A stretch of DNA of 61,280 nucleotides, counting the filler, from Porpidia crustulata (lineage: Eukaryota), in NCBI GenBank assembly GCA_964255105.1. It is 4 parts of 4 records of this genome, joined end to end, with 100 filler letters (N's around TTAATTAATTAA, not from the genome) between each part and the next. Parts side by side here need not be neighbours in the genome. Positions count along the whole stretch, not along the records: positions 1 to 15,269 come from CAXUWE010000326.1; positions 15,370 to 30,615 come from CAXUWE010000327.1; 2 more parts are not named here. One strand, written 5' to 3'. Below the pieces are notes generated by a model. The model ran no database searches and was not told the DNA's origin. It saw only the letters and a list, made by a program, of their open reading frames with translations. Shown here one piece after another: positions 14,007-26,600 of this stretch; the stretch's first letter is position 1; every line of letters starts with the position of its first letter. Position numbers and translations under genes: made by a program.

Positions 14007-15220
14007 ATGGCTATCCCAGCGGACATTCAAGCAGCATACGCTATCCCCGGAAATGTTCCCGCTGATATCACTCCGGAGTACCTCATGGAAAGTAGGGACA
14101 GGGCACCAATCATCGCCATTATCTTCATTGGGTCTTTGGCAATAATTCTCGCTCTTCTGCGTAGCTATGCACGCCTAGTCGTCGTTAAGGAATTTGGCTT
14201 CGATGATGCGCTTGCTCTTCTGACAGTGGTATGTATAGTCCCTGATTCTTTTGTAATCTGAAACAATCCAGCAGCACCACGGAGATTTAGTCTAAACATT
14301 GCTAATGGAAAATCAAGCTCATATATGTGGCCTTCATCGTACTATGCATAATATTAATCGACCTCGGCTCGGGAAGGCATATCGAATATATCCAATACGT
14401 TCTGAACAACGACCAAACAAACTTGACTGAAGTCCTCGACTTCGCCGCCCACCTTATCTATACCACAACACTCTTTGTCTGCCGTCTCTCAGGCCTCGCT
14501 TTCTACTCCCGCATCGTTGGTGTCGGCAGTCGTAAGTTGACCATAATCATCCGGCTCGCTGCTGGCTTCCTTGTCGCAGGCTACCTTCCACAAATGTTCC
14601 TCATTATATTTCACTGTCTTCCGGTGACTGGTCTTTGGCCCTATGCGTGGCAAGCCGAGGTGAACAACTTCAACTGTCTCCAGTGGGGCCTCGTATACTC
14701 CGTCAATTCCAGTGTTTCGTTGATTTGCGATTTGGTCATGTTCATCATCCCTGCTGTCATAATCCATGGGCTGAAGATGAGTGTAAAGCGGAAATTTCTC
14801 TTGTCGCTTATTCTTTTCCCTGGGGTGTTAGTGATCATGTAAGAACGAACCCTTGTCTCTTAGAGGTCGCCACTAAATTGAGTCTCTAGCATCTCATGCG
14901 TCCGCCTCGATCTTGTCATCAAAGGCCAGTGGGAGACCGATCAAGCCTGGTGGTACGATCCAATGCTTGCGGTGGAGAACGCGGAAATTGGAGGTACTCT
15001 AATCGCCCTCTCGGTACCGGCTTTGAAGCCTCTATTCCAGAGATGGCTCTCGAATGTTGAGGTAACATTCTCCAAATCTCGCAACACCGGAGCATCGATC
15101 TCGCTTGGCAGCAAACCCGGCTTTCCATCATCTCACGAGCTCAAGAGTCCTGCCCACTATGAACGTGCTGCATCTGATATCTCAGAGAACGCCTTCAGTG
15201 TAAGAGACAGAGATATGTAA
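14007..15220 (+). CDS. Pth11-like / fungal rhodopsin-domain integral membrane protein without CFEM; 3' end may run into the gap
   Basis: RSYAR...FGFDD, GSGRHI, FHCLPV..W, ICDLVMFIIP and ENAEIG..IALSVPALKPLF are typical 7-TM Pth11-like motifs. Two introns. Confidence 0.85.
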
Positions 15221-15269
15221 CGGTTGTTCTAATAACAACACAAGATATAAACGGAGATAGACTAGAGTA

Positions 15270-15369
15270 NNNNNNNNNNNNNNNNNNNNNNNNNNNNNNN
15301 NNNNNNNNNNNNNTTAATTAATTAANNNNNNNNNNNNNNNNNNNNNNNNNNNNNNNNNNNNNNNNNNNN
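15270..15369. other. Artificial contig spacer (44 N + TTAATTAATTAA + 44 N)
   Basis: The 12-mer has stops in all six frames, and the same spacer occurs three times. Confidence 0.98.
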
Positions 15370-17152
15370 CGGTGTTGGCGAGTGTCAGGGTCAGAGTGTG
15401 GGGGATATAGCCGGCGCGCTCGAGGGAGCGGACGACGCGGGCGGCGAGGTTGGCGGTTTGGCGGTCGTGGCGATGGGAGAGGATGATATCGACGTCGTTG
15501 GAGGAGGGGTTTCCGCGGCGGTAGCCCCCGACTATGAAGCTTTCGATGCTGCTGTGGTCGTCCAAGGGGAGAAGGCAGCGGTTGGCGTGGGTGGTGACGA
15601 CGGAGGCTATGGCTTCGGATTCGGCGCGCGGTATACGGAGCTGGAAGTCGTCGTAGTATTTTAGGCCGATTTGCTGGACGCGGGTGAGGGATTTCCAGCC
15701 GTGGAGGACGACGTCATCGAGGTCGCGCCAGCCTTTGTCGTAGTAGAATTCGCGGGCGAGGACGGCGCCGATGCCCCAGATTCCGTAGAATGTGCGGATG
15801 ACCTGCATTGCTGGGTCGCTTTCGAAGTCTTTGACGGCCTGGAGGGATCCCGTGGTGTGGTATTCGTGGAAGAGGTGGGCGATTTTCTGGTCGCAGCCGG
15901 GGAGCATCAGGATTTCTCGCGTCGAGGTTAGGAGATGGGGGTAGGCTGCTAGCGAGGCGATGCTGGTGCTGTAGGCGCGGACGCCGATTCCGTCAATGAT
16001 GAGGGTCCGGGCCAAGCGGATTTTCTTCAGAAGTTCAATGAAGGCTTCGTTTGGGGAGGGTGCAGGAGCTGATCGCTGGCAGGAGTAGGATTTGTTTTGG
16101 ATGACCCAATCGGGCATGGGTGGGAGAGCATCATTGGAGACTTTGTCATGCTCGGATGTTGTTTGACGCAGTAGACGTGGAGGGCTCGTTTGACCAAAAG
16201 TTCGACTCGCGACCTTGGTGGATGAGGCAAAGCTTCGACCTGCAAAATCTTTTGCTGCAGCGTCCTTGATGCGATTACGACGGTAGGCTTTGGTTTCGGA
16301 CGGTTTGGCTTCAGCTTTTGCACGATCTAAGATTCCTTTGTACATGACTTTTGACGGGACAGATGCCTTAGTCACAAGCGTTGGCGGAACAGTAATTGTC
16401 GTTAGCGCCAGCTTTTGTTTAGGGTCTATGCCGATTCCGATGGATGGGAGAAGCTTCGCTTCGTAAAGTGTATAAGGACCAAATGGCTTGGGTCTACCGG
16501 CTGCTAATGAGTCCTTCAGCCAGTCCAACTTGACCACTTTCACTTTACCAGTGAATGCTGTAGGGGCAAATTGCGGGAGACTGGGTTCATTTACCCCGAT
16601 AGTATCAGGGGAGCCTACTGTAGATGATGGCACCTCTTGTGAGACTGGAATTTGGGACTTGGGCTTTGTCGCTATTGCTATTTCATTATCGGTTATATCT
16701 TGCGTGTCAGAATCAGTGTCAACATCTTCTGTGGCGCCCTCAGTATCCTCTGTCAAAGCTTTCACCCCTTCCTGCGATAGTTTTCTTCGCTTTCTTATTG
16801 GACTTCCATTTCTCGCTGTGCTTGGAGTGTCAAGACGAATATCTCTGTCTTCTTGATCCTCGATGTCCTCAAATCGAACCTTGCCGCACTGGAGTTCAAA
16901 CTTCGCTCGCTTCTGCTTTAATATATTTCCAAACACGATATTCGCTTCTTTGATATCGTAAGTCAATACTGCTCCTCGAGCACAGATTTCGTCTTCTGCT
17001 TCATAAAGCTCAGAGGTCGAGAGGTGCGTAGGGAGTACAAAAACATTGAGGAGACCAGCTAGATCTAGACTCGAAGTCTTAGAACGTTTCTTGGCTTGGC
17101 CATCACAATTGAAAGTTGCGATCGATTGAGCACTGTGCTGGCTATCCGACAT
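15370..17152 (-). CDS. X-family DNA polymerase (Pol4/Pol mu-like) with N-terminal BRCT; 3' end truncated by the contig end
   Basis: Split BRCT (VVKLDWLKDS), YSCQR, lyase/fingers region RAYSTSIASLAAYP..LPGCDQKIA, QQIGLKYYDDF, and palm VGGYRRG..NDVDII. Confidence 0.92.
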
Positions 17153-18663
17153 TTTGCTTCAAGATCGCAACGCCGCCAACAAGATCATAATACAGCCAAA
17201 TTCGATAAGGAAGTAAAACATTAAATGCAATCTTCATTATGAGAAATTACAATCTGAACCGAACTGCCAACACAGCAAATGACAGCTATCAGCAGAGCAG
17301 AAAGACTATGTACAAAGCGCAGAAGGCAGGATGCTGGTGTAATTACATTCTCATGTCATCGAATGAAACAGATTAAAGCATTGATAAGATGTTATAGGAT
17401 CGATAGAAGAAGCATCACCAAAGCAGAGCAATTGCCGACCTGAGATAATGGAAGAGATTTACTATTTCCGGATAGGGTTGCGTTATAGCCGTCTAGTTTC
17501 TAATACACGGCTAGTGCATGTACTGTATTACCTGGATACCGACGCTTTGCCCCATTCGACTTTAGTTTCATCTCAACGACGACCGCCGATCTACTTGGAG
17601 ATTCCTGGCTACTTCGACCATCCAACTAAGTAGACTCCAAATCAGAGAACTTGACAACATCTCCAAAGTATGAATGTACCAATTGCGTTCTCCGAGTCTT
17701 ATGCGCTGTATTTCTATTTCAGAACCCAGAAGAAACCAATCCTGGTGCTGTAAGAAGCAACCAAGGTTGTTCTCCGGGGTCCTCTATCGTCCTATCAGTT
17801 TTAAGACAATGGATGACTACATCTTTGTGCAGTGTCAACTTAGTGGGCATAATTTGGAGGATCTTGCATCGAGTACAATCCATGACGAGAACTTCCTCAT
17901 GAATACGTATCAGTCATTATCAAATGATCGCCCACAACAAGTCGTCTCAATACAGAATCATTGACATAGTGACAGCCCAGCGCAGCCTCTCATGGCCAGC
18001 TCGAAAATTTGACGACCTCAATTCAGTAATTGTTGTCGAGATCAGACAAGTAAACCCGAACGAACCCTTGAATAGAATGGCATCGATCAATACATTGCGT
18101 TTGCCAACAAGGCGGCGAACGAAATCGAAAGGAGAATGGTGCTACCAATGTATGCTGACCCAACAAATACCTCTACGTCCTAACGGCAGAGTATCAACAT
18201 AGTAGGGGATCCATGCAGCGCTCCGTTATGACGAGAGTGAATAACTCGATGGCTGCCTTTATAACATGTTCAGCTTCATTCACTATGCTATTGTACATTT
18301 GCCAGCTGCAAGATCCAACTTATTGTTGAAGTCTTTCCAATATCTTTGATTCAGCTATGTAGCGTCAACACATGAAATCAAAGGTCAATCTTTGTGCATC
18401 GCTAATTACTCTAATACTCACCACTGTATGACAATGCTTAGTGACAAGCTGGCCCACTTGACGCGTTACAACAATCAACATTCCTTTTTGTCAGTACTTG
18501 CTGCGCAACTCTTACTTTGTAACTTGTATTTTTTCGATCGTCGTGCAGGAAGGTTCGGCATGTCGTTATTTTATTGTGGTGCATAACCTGCAGCCTTTTG
18601 AAGAGTATCACGGACTGCTTTGTGTGTGCTCGACTGCTCAAACTCTTCCACACCAGCTTAGCA

Positions 18664-20782
18664 ATGTCACAAGAATCTTCAGCAAAATTAACGCTACTGG
18701 ATAACATACCCCGGAAAAACATCGTGCCTGGCCCTAATTCTTGGGCATTGGCAGCAACACAGTGCGACCCCAAGAAACTTCCACAGCCGGCACCACTCAC
18801 TAACCGAGACAAATATGAAAACAAAGCAATGCCTCCTACACCAGGTAAGGTTCACCATAATCAGCGAATAGTTGTACCAAAGCAACGTCAATCCATTCTG
18901 CCAGCTGCACCCTTGCTGTCTACAGGTCAAAAACCTGAGCTGAAGCATCGTGCTGCCACGGATCCTGTAGTACCACAGCCACTCTTTGCGGGTAAACTTG
19001 GTGGCATCGTTCAACTCGGCATGAAAGTACCAATTCCCAAGATCTACGGCGATCTGGTCAAGGAAGATGCACCAGCCCATCCTCTGTCCGAAAACGAATC
19101 AAAGGACTCAGAGTCAACTCCCACGCGAGACAATAGTCGCAACGCGCCTCCGTCCTTCGCACCCCTTTCAACTCACACGCCAAGTGGGCAATCGGCACCA
19201 TCCACGAGCCAATCTGCAGAGCCCGTCAAGCCCATCAAGTCGACTCCATTGCCTACGCGTCGTTATTTGAAGGAGAACAATCTTCAAGCTCATGAACTCG
19301 GGCAGTCTCCTCTTACGACTACCCCTGAAACTCTTGAGCATACGGACGGTGATTCGCAGACAGCGAAAGGCCTAGAAGCTGGCACGGACGATCTCGGAAT
19401 ATCCAATTCCGCCCGCACAGGAACCTTTGATAGAACTGGTGGCATTGAATATGTGGTCGGGCATGAAAGCCAACGCGTTGAGAGCCATGCCGGCGTGATC
19501 GAGGAGGTTGAACCTGCGGATCGGAATAGTCTAGCACGGTACTCGAATGAATCTCGAGAACAAGACTCTGGTTCAGTATTACCGCCAATGGTATACTCGC
19601 CCAGCAATTACGGTGGAGTTTGGGAGAACGATCCTCATGTGGTAAGTAAGAGTCAGATTTATGTCAAATAATGTACTAATCGTATCAAAGGGTTACTCGC
19701 TTCCTCCGTTTACTCCGTCGCGACCAAAGCATGCTCAAGGGCCGGAAAACCAAACGCGAGACTCGTCTCAGGGGTCTGGTGTCACTGTTCCGGTAGTACT
19801 GCGCGATTACCATTTACCTCCAAGCCGTCTGTCTACCCATCAAAACTCTCTGTCACCTGTCGGTAACTGGGCACCCAACTCCCATGTTTCTCTAGGAAAC
19901 TCTTTCGCAGCTCCAGATTCTCCACTGACCGGGAGCACGCATTCTCAATTTTCTCAGCAAGGCGTGAGCAATGCCGCTCCAACGCCTCCACGCTCACACC
20001 CTGAATTTCAACCTTCAGGGCCATTGCCTGCGGAATTGGCACATCTAGAGATGAACTTACATTACCATCTTGATAGCTGCTTTGCGAGCTTGGGGCGGCT
20101 TGTGACTGAAAAACATGACCGGACTCTTGATCAGGTTATTCGAAGATTGGAAAATCTAGAGGAATCGGTAAAGAAGGGGCAAAAGTATGGCAAAGGAGAA
20201 ACTAGAGATATAAGGAAGGAGCTTAGCAGTCTAAAGGAAGAATTCAAGACCGTTGTTGAAGGCAGCCGTGGAATCGAAAATCTTATCAAGGCATTGACTG
20301 AGAAAGTAGGAAATATTGAGCCAAAGGTTGGGCATGGTAACCCTGCTGCTGCAAATAGCGCCGGGATAAATGGAACAGGATATCCAAACACCCATCATGG
20401 GCATCGACGTATTGGAAGCGCGCACACTTCAGGCAACTTTGAGCAGCGTGAGCAACACCTCAGCGGAGCTAGCCATTCGAATAGTACGCGTCATCAAAGC
20501 AGTAATAGCAGCAACGGCCGCGACCCTAACACTCTGAGCGGAGGACGCCCAGGCAGTGCTACTGGGGTCTCACGACGGCATTATTTTACTGAGTTGGGTG
20601 CTGTCAGAGGTCCTGCGCCAGATTTGAGAGATCATCCAGCCTACTCTGGCTCGAACCGAGGATGTAGCCAGGCTCTCGATGCAAGCAGCCTACCGGTGGG
20701 TATTGGAAGTTCCGACGCCGAGGCATTCCAAGCGCCATCTTTCAGCGAGAGTTGGTACGCACGAGCTTATGGGCATCAGTGA
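18664..20782 (+). CDS. Hypothetical Pro/Ser-rich protein with coiled-coil segment
   Basis: Two long ORFs are joined in frame by intron 19642-19690 (GTAAGT..CTAAT..AAG). Conserved-looking blocks YSPSNYGGVWENDPHVG and MNLHYHLDSCF; heptad-like region. Upstream exons are possible. Confidence 0.7.
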
Positions 20783-21096
20783 GATAAGATTTCCATCATG
20801 AGCTCAAATCTACCAATGTAGATAGTCCGCTTGATGTCGAGCCTGATCAGTGTTCAGATGAAAATTAGAGAATTTTATTTTTCATCGACCGAAAGGACTT
20901 ACATGAATGATAATCATTTATTTACATAAATGCAGTCCAGTCGTTCGATTTACGTACTAAACGTAACATAAATAGGTTGTATCGTAAAATTCACAGTCCC
21001 ATTTCTCTTCCCTACACGACTTGTAGAATGTGTTTGTAAGTGTGAGATCATCGCGCTCACGTGAATTGTTCAATTGAAATTTTTTTGCTGGCGGAA

Positions 21097-22641
21097 ATGG
21101 CTCTACCATCGCAGCACATTACAATCAAGAGGAGACGTGACGAAGAGCCTGTGGAAACTCTTTGTGTGCATCCGTAGCGCTAGCGGTTTTAATAGTTCAC
21201 TGATCTCATGTCTAGACTTGCAGCAGAAGAGACATAAATCAGACATTAGAGACATTCGCTGGCATCTTGTCGTCGATTGCCCGGCACCAGAAGACCCTGC
21301 ATTACTGCAGTCGCCAGAAGATGCTGCACATGGTACTCCCTTCACGCCTCAGGTACCCACAGTACGGACTACTTGCCCCGAGGAGGATCTATTGAGCATA
21401 CACGACTCCAATATTGGAGCGAAGAAGGACCCACCAAACGAGACATTGAGCTGCCTGCCGAGTGCTAACCATCCAAATTACCCTGATCTCACACGCCTGA
21501 GCAGACCCAGCCAGGAACACCCAAACGTTTTAAGTGTCAACGGTGGATTGAGAAGGTTTCACTTTATCAAGAACACTTCGGTTTCACCTTCAACAAAGTT
21601 TAACCCCGCGACAGGGGCTCAAAGGCACAAGAAGAGCCGGAGATGTGGCCTGCCAGTCTTCATTGAGAATACAAAGTCTATTCTTCGACCGAAGGGCTCC
21701 AGAACGATTCCTTCGAAAATCGCCAACGCGTCAACTGAGAACCATGTCGGTAGCCTACTGAGCACTCTGCCAAACGAGGAGAGGACAAGGAGGAAACCCT
21801 TGGCTAGTACGGCTGAACGGAAATGGAGGGATGAGAACTGGAACAGATCGGTCAGAACAGATGACGAAGTCAAAGGAGGAGGAAAAGTTGCAAAAAGTAT
21901 TGATGAGCCGTCAAGCCAATGGGATCCTAGTTCCGAGTTGCTTGCAGAACAGCTACAGCAGTTCCCGCTCCGAAATCTAAATTCCATCCCAACCAGTACG
22001 AAGAGCATTAGGAACCCATCGCACCTGAAAGTCCAGCCTCAACCTCCTAAGCCCCGTCAAACAGCCGTCGAGTCATATGTCGAGGTATCTAGTGAAGACG
22101 AGTCAATGAAAAATGCGATAGATCTTGATGAAGACAATGATAACTATGTTTATGATACATATGTTCGTTCGATAGGACAACAAGCTGACGCTTCCGTTAT
22201 ATCTTTGGAGGGCATCGATGCTGGTCACCAGAAGATAGACCTCAGCAAGACTGGTGTTTTGATTATAGCAGAAGAAGACCATGAAGAATGGGAAACATTT
22301 GCTGAAATTGATCGGGAGAGTGACAAGGATTGGAACAGTGAAGAAGAAGATGAAAATGGTTTGTTCTCCAGTGAATGATGATACTGCCTCCGCAATTTTT
22401 ACTGATGTAAATAGGGGAGGATTATTATGGGAACGATTACCCAGAGGATGAAGTAGAATCGGAGGACGAATTCAACAAAGGCACTTACAGGTATCGAACA
22501 GGCGCATCGGACGAAGAGGAATTCGATCATGATTCTGAGAGTTGGTCCGATGAGGATGAGGCACTATACCCGTGGAAGTACAATGGAGGAAACGTCCAAC
22601 TGCGAGGCGACAATGACGGTGACCGAGATATGGAAACCTGA
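21097..22641 (+). CDS. IWR1: Iwr1/SLC7A6OS-family RNA polymerase II nuclear import factor
   Basis: N-terminal IKRRRDEEPVETL, YVYDTY, and DWNSEEEDENGEDYYGNDYPEDE spanning the second intron; acidic tail. Confidence 0.85.
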
Positions 22642-23037
22642 TAAAGCTGACTAGATGTAGCGTCTGTCACGAGCAAGGCTATTAATCCAACGATGAAATT
22701 CAATGTCAGATCAAGCTTAGGAAAGAAGGTGGCTGGTGTGAAAAACAATTATCCTATCCAACATGATGAATCGTTGCCTGGAGCAAAGAACCCTACCGAT
22801 GGCTCCGACAACAGGGTATCAACAGTTCGATGCATCTCGAATGCAATACGTATGAGATCCCATCAAATGCACCCAGACTCGCCGCTTCAATTTCATACTT
22901 AACGCATACTAAGCAACATTGTACAAAGATTCAAAACCGAAAGAAGGCTTCCTGGCGGAGTGATGGTCGAATCCTGATCTCATCAGCTAATGTTTCATAA
23001 CCTGATACCGTTTCAACGTACACGGAGACCCATGTAT

Positions 23038-23649
23038 CTACTTCTTCATCCACGGATACCGAAGCCCGGTCGTTTTCCGCATCCCGTAAGCTCCCGCTGG
23101 AGAATTCGACCGGTCACGGTTCCTCACCCTCGGAATATTGTACGCATCACGTAACCGGTAGTACTTGCACTGGATGCCTCCAAAGCCTTCACGCTGTCTC
23201 TGAGGAAATTGAGCGTTGTAAGCGCGAGTGATGTCACTCCATTCGTAACCCAAGTCGATGCGGTGATACCAAATGAAGTGTATCTCTTCATCGGAGTAGG
23301 GCGGCCGAAATTGACGGGGCGCTCTTGCCATTGGGGTTCTTGACGATGTTGGAAAGGTACGGTGGCGGCCATGGCTTGAATGATTCGGACTTGGACGGCG
23401 GGAACTTCCTAGCGACTCGGGTGATCTGCTCATTTGGCGGTCTTCGTCGCTGTCGACTTGGGCGGACTGATTCCGAGGAGCAGTGGAGCTTTCGCCTTCG
23501 GGAGGATTGAGCATATCGTGGATTGCCATGCTTCGACGACGGGGAGGGTCATGCTGTGGGCGAGAATCATAGCTCCCGCGGGAGTCTCTATCAGCGTCTC
23601 TAACGCCGCCATGCGTTCTGCCCGCGCCAGGATCGTTTTGACGAGACAT
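23038..23649 (-). CDS. Small putative transcription regulator with C-terminal Myb/HTH-like domain
   Basis: RPPYSDEEIHFIWYHRIDLGYEWSDITRAYNAQFP..R..GGIQCKYYR, with a disordered N-terminus containing MAIHDMLNP. Confidence 0.7.
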   Translation of the reverse strand: MSRQNDPGAGRTHGGVRDADRDSRGSYDSRPQHDPPRRRSMAIHDMLNPPEGESSTAPRNQSAQVDSDEDRQMSRSPESLGSSRRPSPNHSSHGRHRTFPTSSRTPMARAPRQFRPPYSDEEIHFIWYHRIDLGYEWSDITRAYNAQFPQRQREGFGGIQCKYYRLRDAYNIPRVRNRDRSNSPAGAYGMRKTTGLRYPWMKK

Positions 23650-26600
23650 GATGCTATGTTTGAGGATATCGATCAGAATGTGAAGGGAAGTATTGTGTTG
23701 AATGTGTGCCTTATGTGTGGAATCTGGGAATTGCATGATGTACTCAGTAGGCACTCCAGAAGCCTGATAAAAGGAAAACGACCCAGAGCAGAGCATCGCA
23801 GAGGCAGAGCAGAAGGTCTACCTAAAAGCCGAGCACCATGGCACACAGCGGTTCCGCAGTCACAAACGCCGCCTGCGCCGGGATGTGCCCCGGGACTGCA
23901 GGCAGGTTGCAGCAGCTTACCTGAAGCTGTCACTAGAGAAGGGCTTTGCAGATGTGACTTACAAATGACAACAATAGATAATGCCTAGGTGCGTCAGGTC
24001 AGTTAGGCTGTCTGGGATTGAGGATGGGGGTGGGTATTTTGCGGGAAGGGTTTGTTCACAGCACCTTGGCTAGGATCAGTGGAAGCTAGCTGAAACTCTG
24101 CACTGTCCGCTCTGAATACCCGCCTCTCAAGTGCCCTGTCAAGGATGGCGGTTTGGAATGCCCGAATATCAAACACCACAACCGTCAGTCAATGTTCACC
24201 TTGGCTATCCAGATCACGTAACGTGGGCGATGGCGGTGGTGATGGCGATGGTGGCGGTGTTCATCATCACCCACGGGTCTTATTCTTAGGAAGGAGGAAG
24301 GAGGAAGGATGAAGTGGGATTACAAATTCCTGGAGTGTTTCGGGATTTCCTAGTAATACCTAGGAGCGAAATGGATGACAATTATTGACCACCTTCCAAA
24401 ATGCAACGCAATTCCACGGCGGTCCGGATGGGAGCAAATTGGGTATCCGGTGCGTTGGGTCGATCGCTGCGCCTGAACGCTCACCGTTCGTGCCGTGTGG
24501 AGATCACAGCGTCTACCCTCCCTATCAAGGATCAATTGGTTGCTCCGTTCTATATTGACCTATATCGATATGTCGAAGCGGCTGTTGAACAGGTGAGCTT
24601 GTGGTGTTCGCTAAATAGCAGATACCTACCCACGCTCCCGTCTTATAACCTCCCTTTGTCGGCTGGATAGCAACACGCTTGACTTATCTTTCCGACCTAC
24701 CACACTTACCGCCTTACTTGACCTCCGGGCACTAAATCAGACGAAAACGAACGGAAGAGCGTTGGACGCAACGGGCGAAAGATGAGCCGTCCGGCAGCGT
24801 GGGGGAAGCTGACTAAACGCGTATTTCATGGCATCTGATTGGGCTGGCCGATCGTCATCTCGATGCCCTATGGCCCTGCCGACCTACCCACCCGGTCTCT
24901 CTCTGGCACTGCCAGTATTCACTCTGCCCTGATACTCGATTTGCCAGAACAAGTTAGTCCAGAATCCAGCCCTCCATCACAATTTATGCAGCAAGGGTTA
25001 CTAGCGTCTGGGATCACCGCTACTCGCACTAGCAAAAATGCTAAAATCTTAGTGCAATCAGTCCGAGGATGCGCTTATTGGGGCTGATGGTGGGCACAAC
25101 CAATCAAAAGCCACCATATCGAGGCTAAGCCACAATCGGCCTGCCGCGCGACTTCACCCAGACATCATCTCCTGATAGGTCCAGTACTCTAGTCTAGGCC
25201 TCTTACTCCTGCATCACAATCAAGACCAGAGGCTTCGGTACTTCGAAGCTCCAAATGTACGGACCAGACTGCATGCCGCATCATCGCATGAGATTTCAAT
25301 CACGTGCTGCCGTCAATTATCTTCAATCCTTTTCAACCTCTTTGCTCATACGATGGCAATTCAGCAAAATCGGTGTGATGAGCATTGGCCTTGACAGAGG
25401 AAGGCACTAACCCTTGACCATTACACAGCTTTCTTCCTTCTACGCATCAAACCATCGCAACAGGAGGGTTGGTCCACCCAGCAGGATTCACGAAGCCCCC
25501 TTTATCGTGTCGACTGGGATCATGGCAGAGAGATCGACGCCGGGCATTGCGCACTCCTTCATCCTTGCGGGAAAGGAAGTAGGTGATTACTTGAACAGGT
25601 AAGTGAGCCATGCCGATGGCGAAACCAACGGTACCGTGCCGCGAAAGCACTCAGATGGCACAGGCGCGGAGGCTCGCCGCCATTGAAACCCCCTATTACG
25701 CGCCTCCCTGGATCGTCTCCTGCGAGCTTATCAAGCACACATGAACAAAATTGAGACGGTTGGGGTGCTGTGGGAACGTGTGATTGGCCGCATCAAATCG
25801 CTACTAGGTTGTTTCACTGCCGGTCACCCTGTTGCAGCATGCACCTGGCTTCCATGTCAAGCTACAGTCTGACAGTGCGGTCCGGCCATCGTTCCTGTGC
25901 GGAAAGTCTACACGCAGATGACTGCTTCTACACAGCAACGGCGCTACTCCCAAGGATTGTATTGAGGATCATCCATTCAGCACTTGCAATCCCGCCCTCC
26001 CGAACGGTTATACTGCATACGTACCCTACGTCGTTGATGAGAAATGCAAAGGCTTACCTAGGTACCACAACCAGCTGGATGCGCAGACGAGGCGTACACT
26101 GACCCTGCAATACATCTTCCACAGGCCTTCTCCACGTGTACTTTGATGTCGCACCATGCAGGGTAGCCGCGCGTTTGCTCAAGATAGTTGTGCAAGCGAT
26201 TTCAGGCAAAGAGATCATTGGTGTGCCGATAACTTAGTGCTCAAGATCTTGGACTGAGGAACACGGTCGCCAATGTGACCTAAGGCAACCTTGCACCCTA
26301 ATGTAGTTTCGCTACGAGCATAAAAGCGTTACAGCCTCACCGTGTTAAGGCTACCGATCTCTCAGGTACCTACTATGTCCCCGGCTTTACGAGATTCTGC
26401 TTGCGGAGGATAGATGCATTCCGCAAGTGATTCCAGGACACGGAGATCCCTTCGTTATGGCTGTCATTGATCGGATACTCGGAGCCTTGTCTGCGGAGAT
26501 CCGGACTACCTAGTCGACCTCAGTACTCTCGAGAAGGCATGTTGTCGTTGGCAATGGTGACCTTCAACACCATCCATGCAGATCAAATCTACCGTCATCT

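Noticed and set aside
15314..15325. TTAATTAATTAA repeated three times (also 30660 and 45999) as a biological repeat, and ORFs ending in X..LIN
   Set aside because: Synthetic six-frame-stop spacer flanked by exactly 44 N on each side.
24226..24310. GGC/GGT/GAT triplet run and AGGAAGG repeats
   Set aside because: Low-complexity microsatellite-like sequence with no spacer structure; not CRISPR-like.
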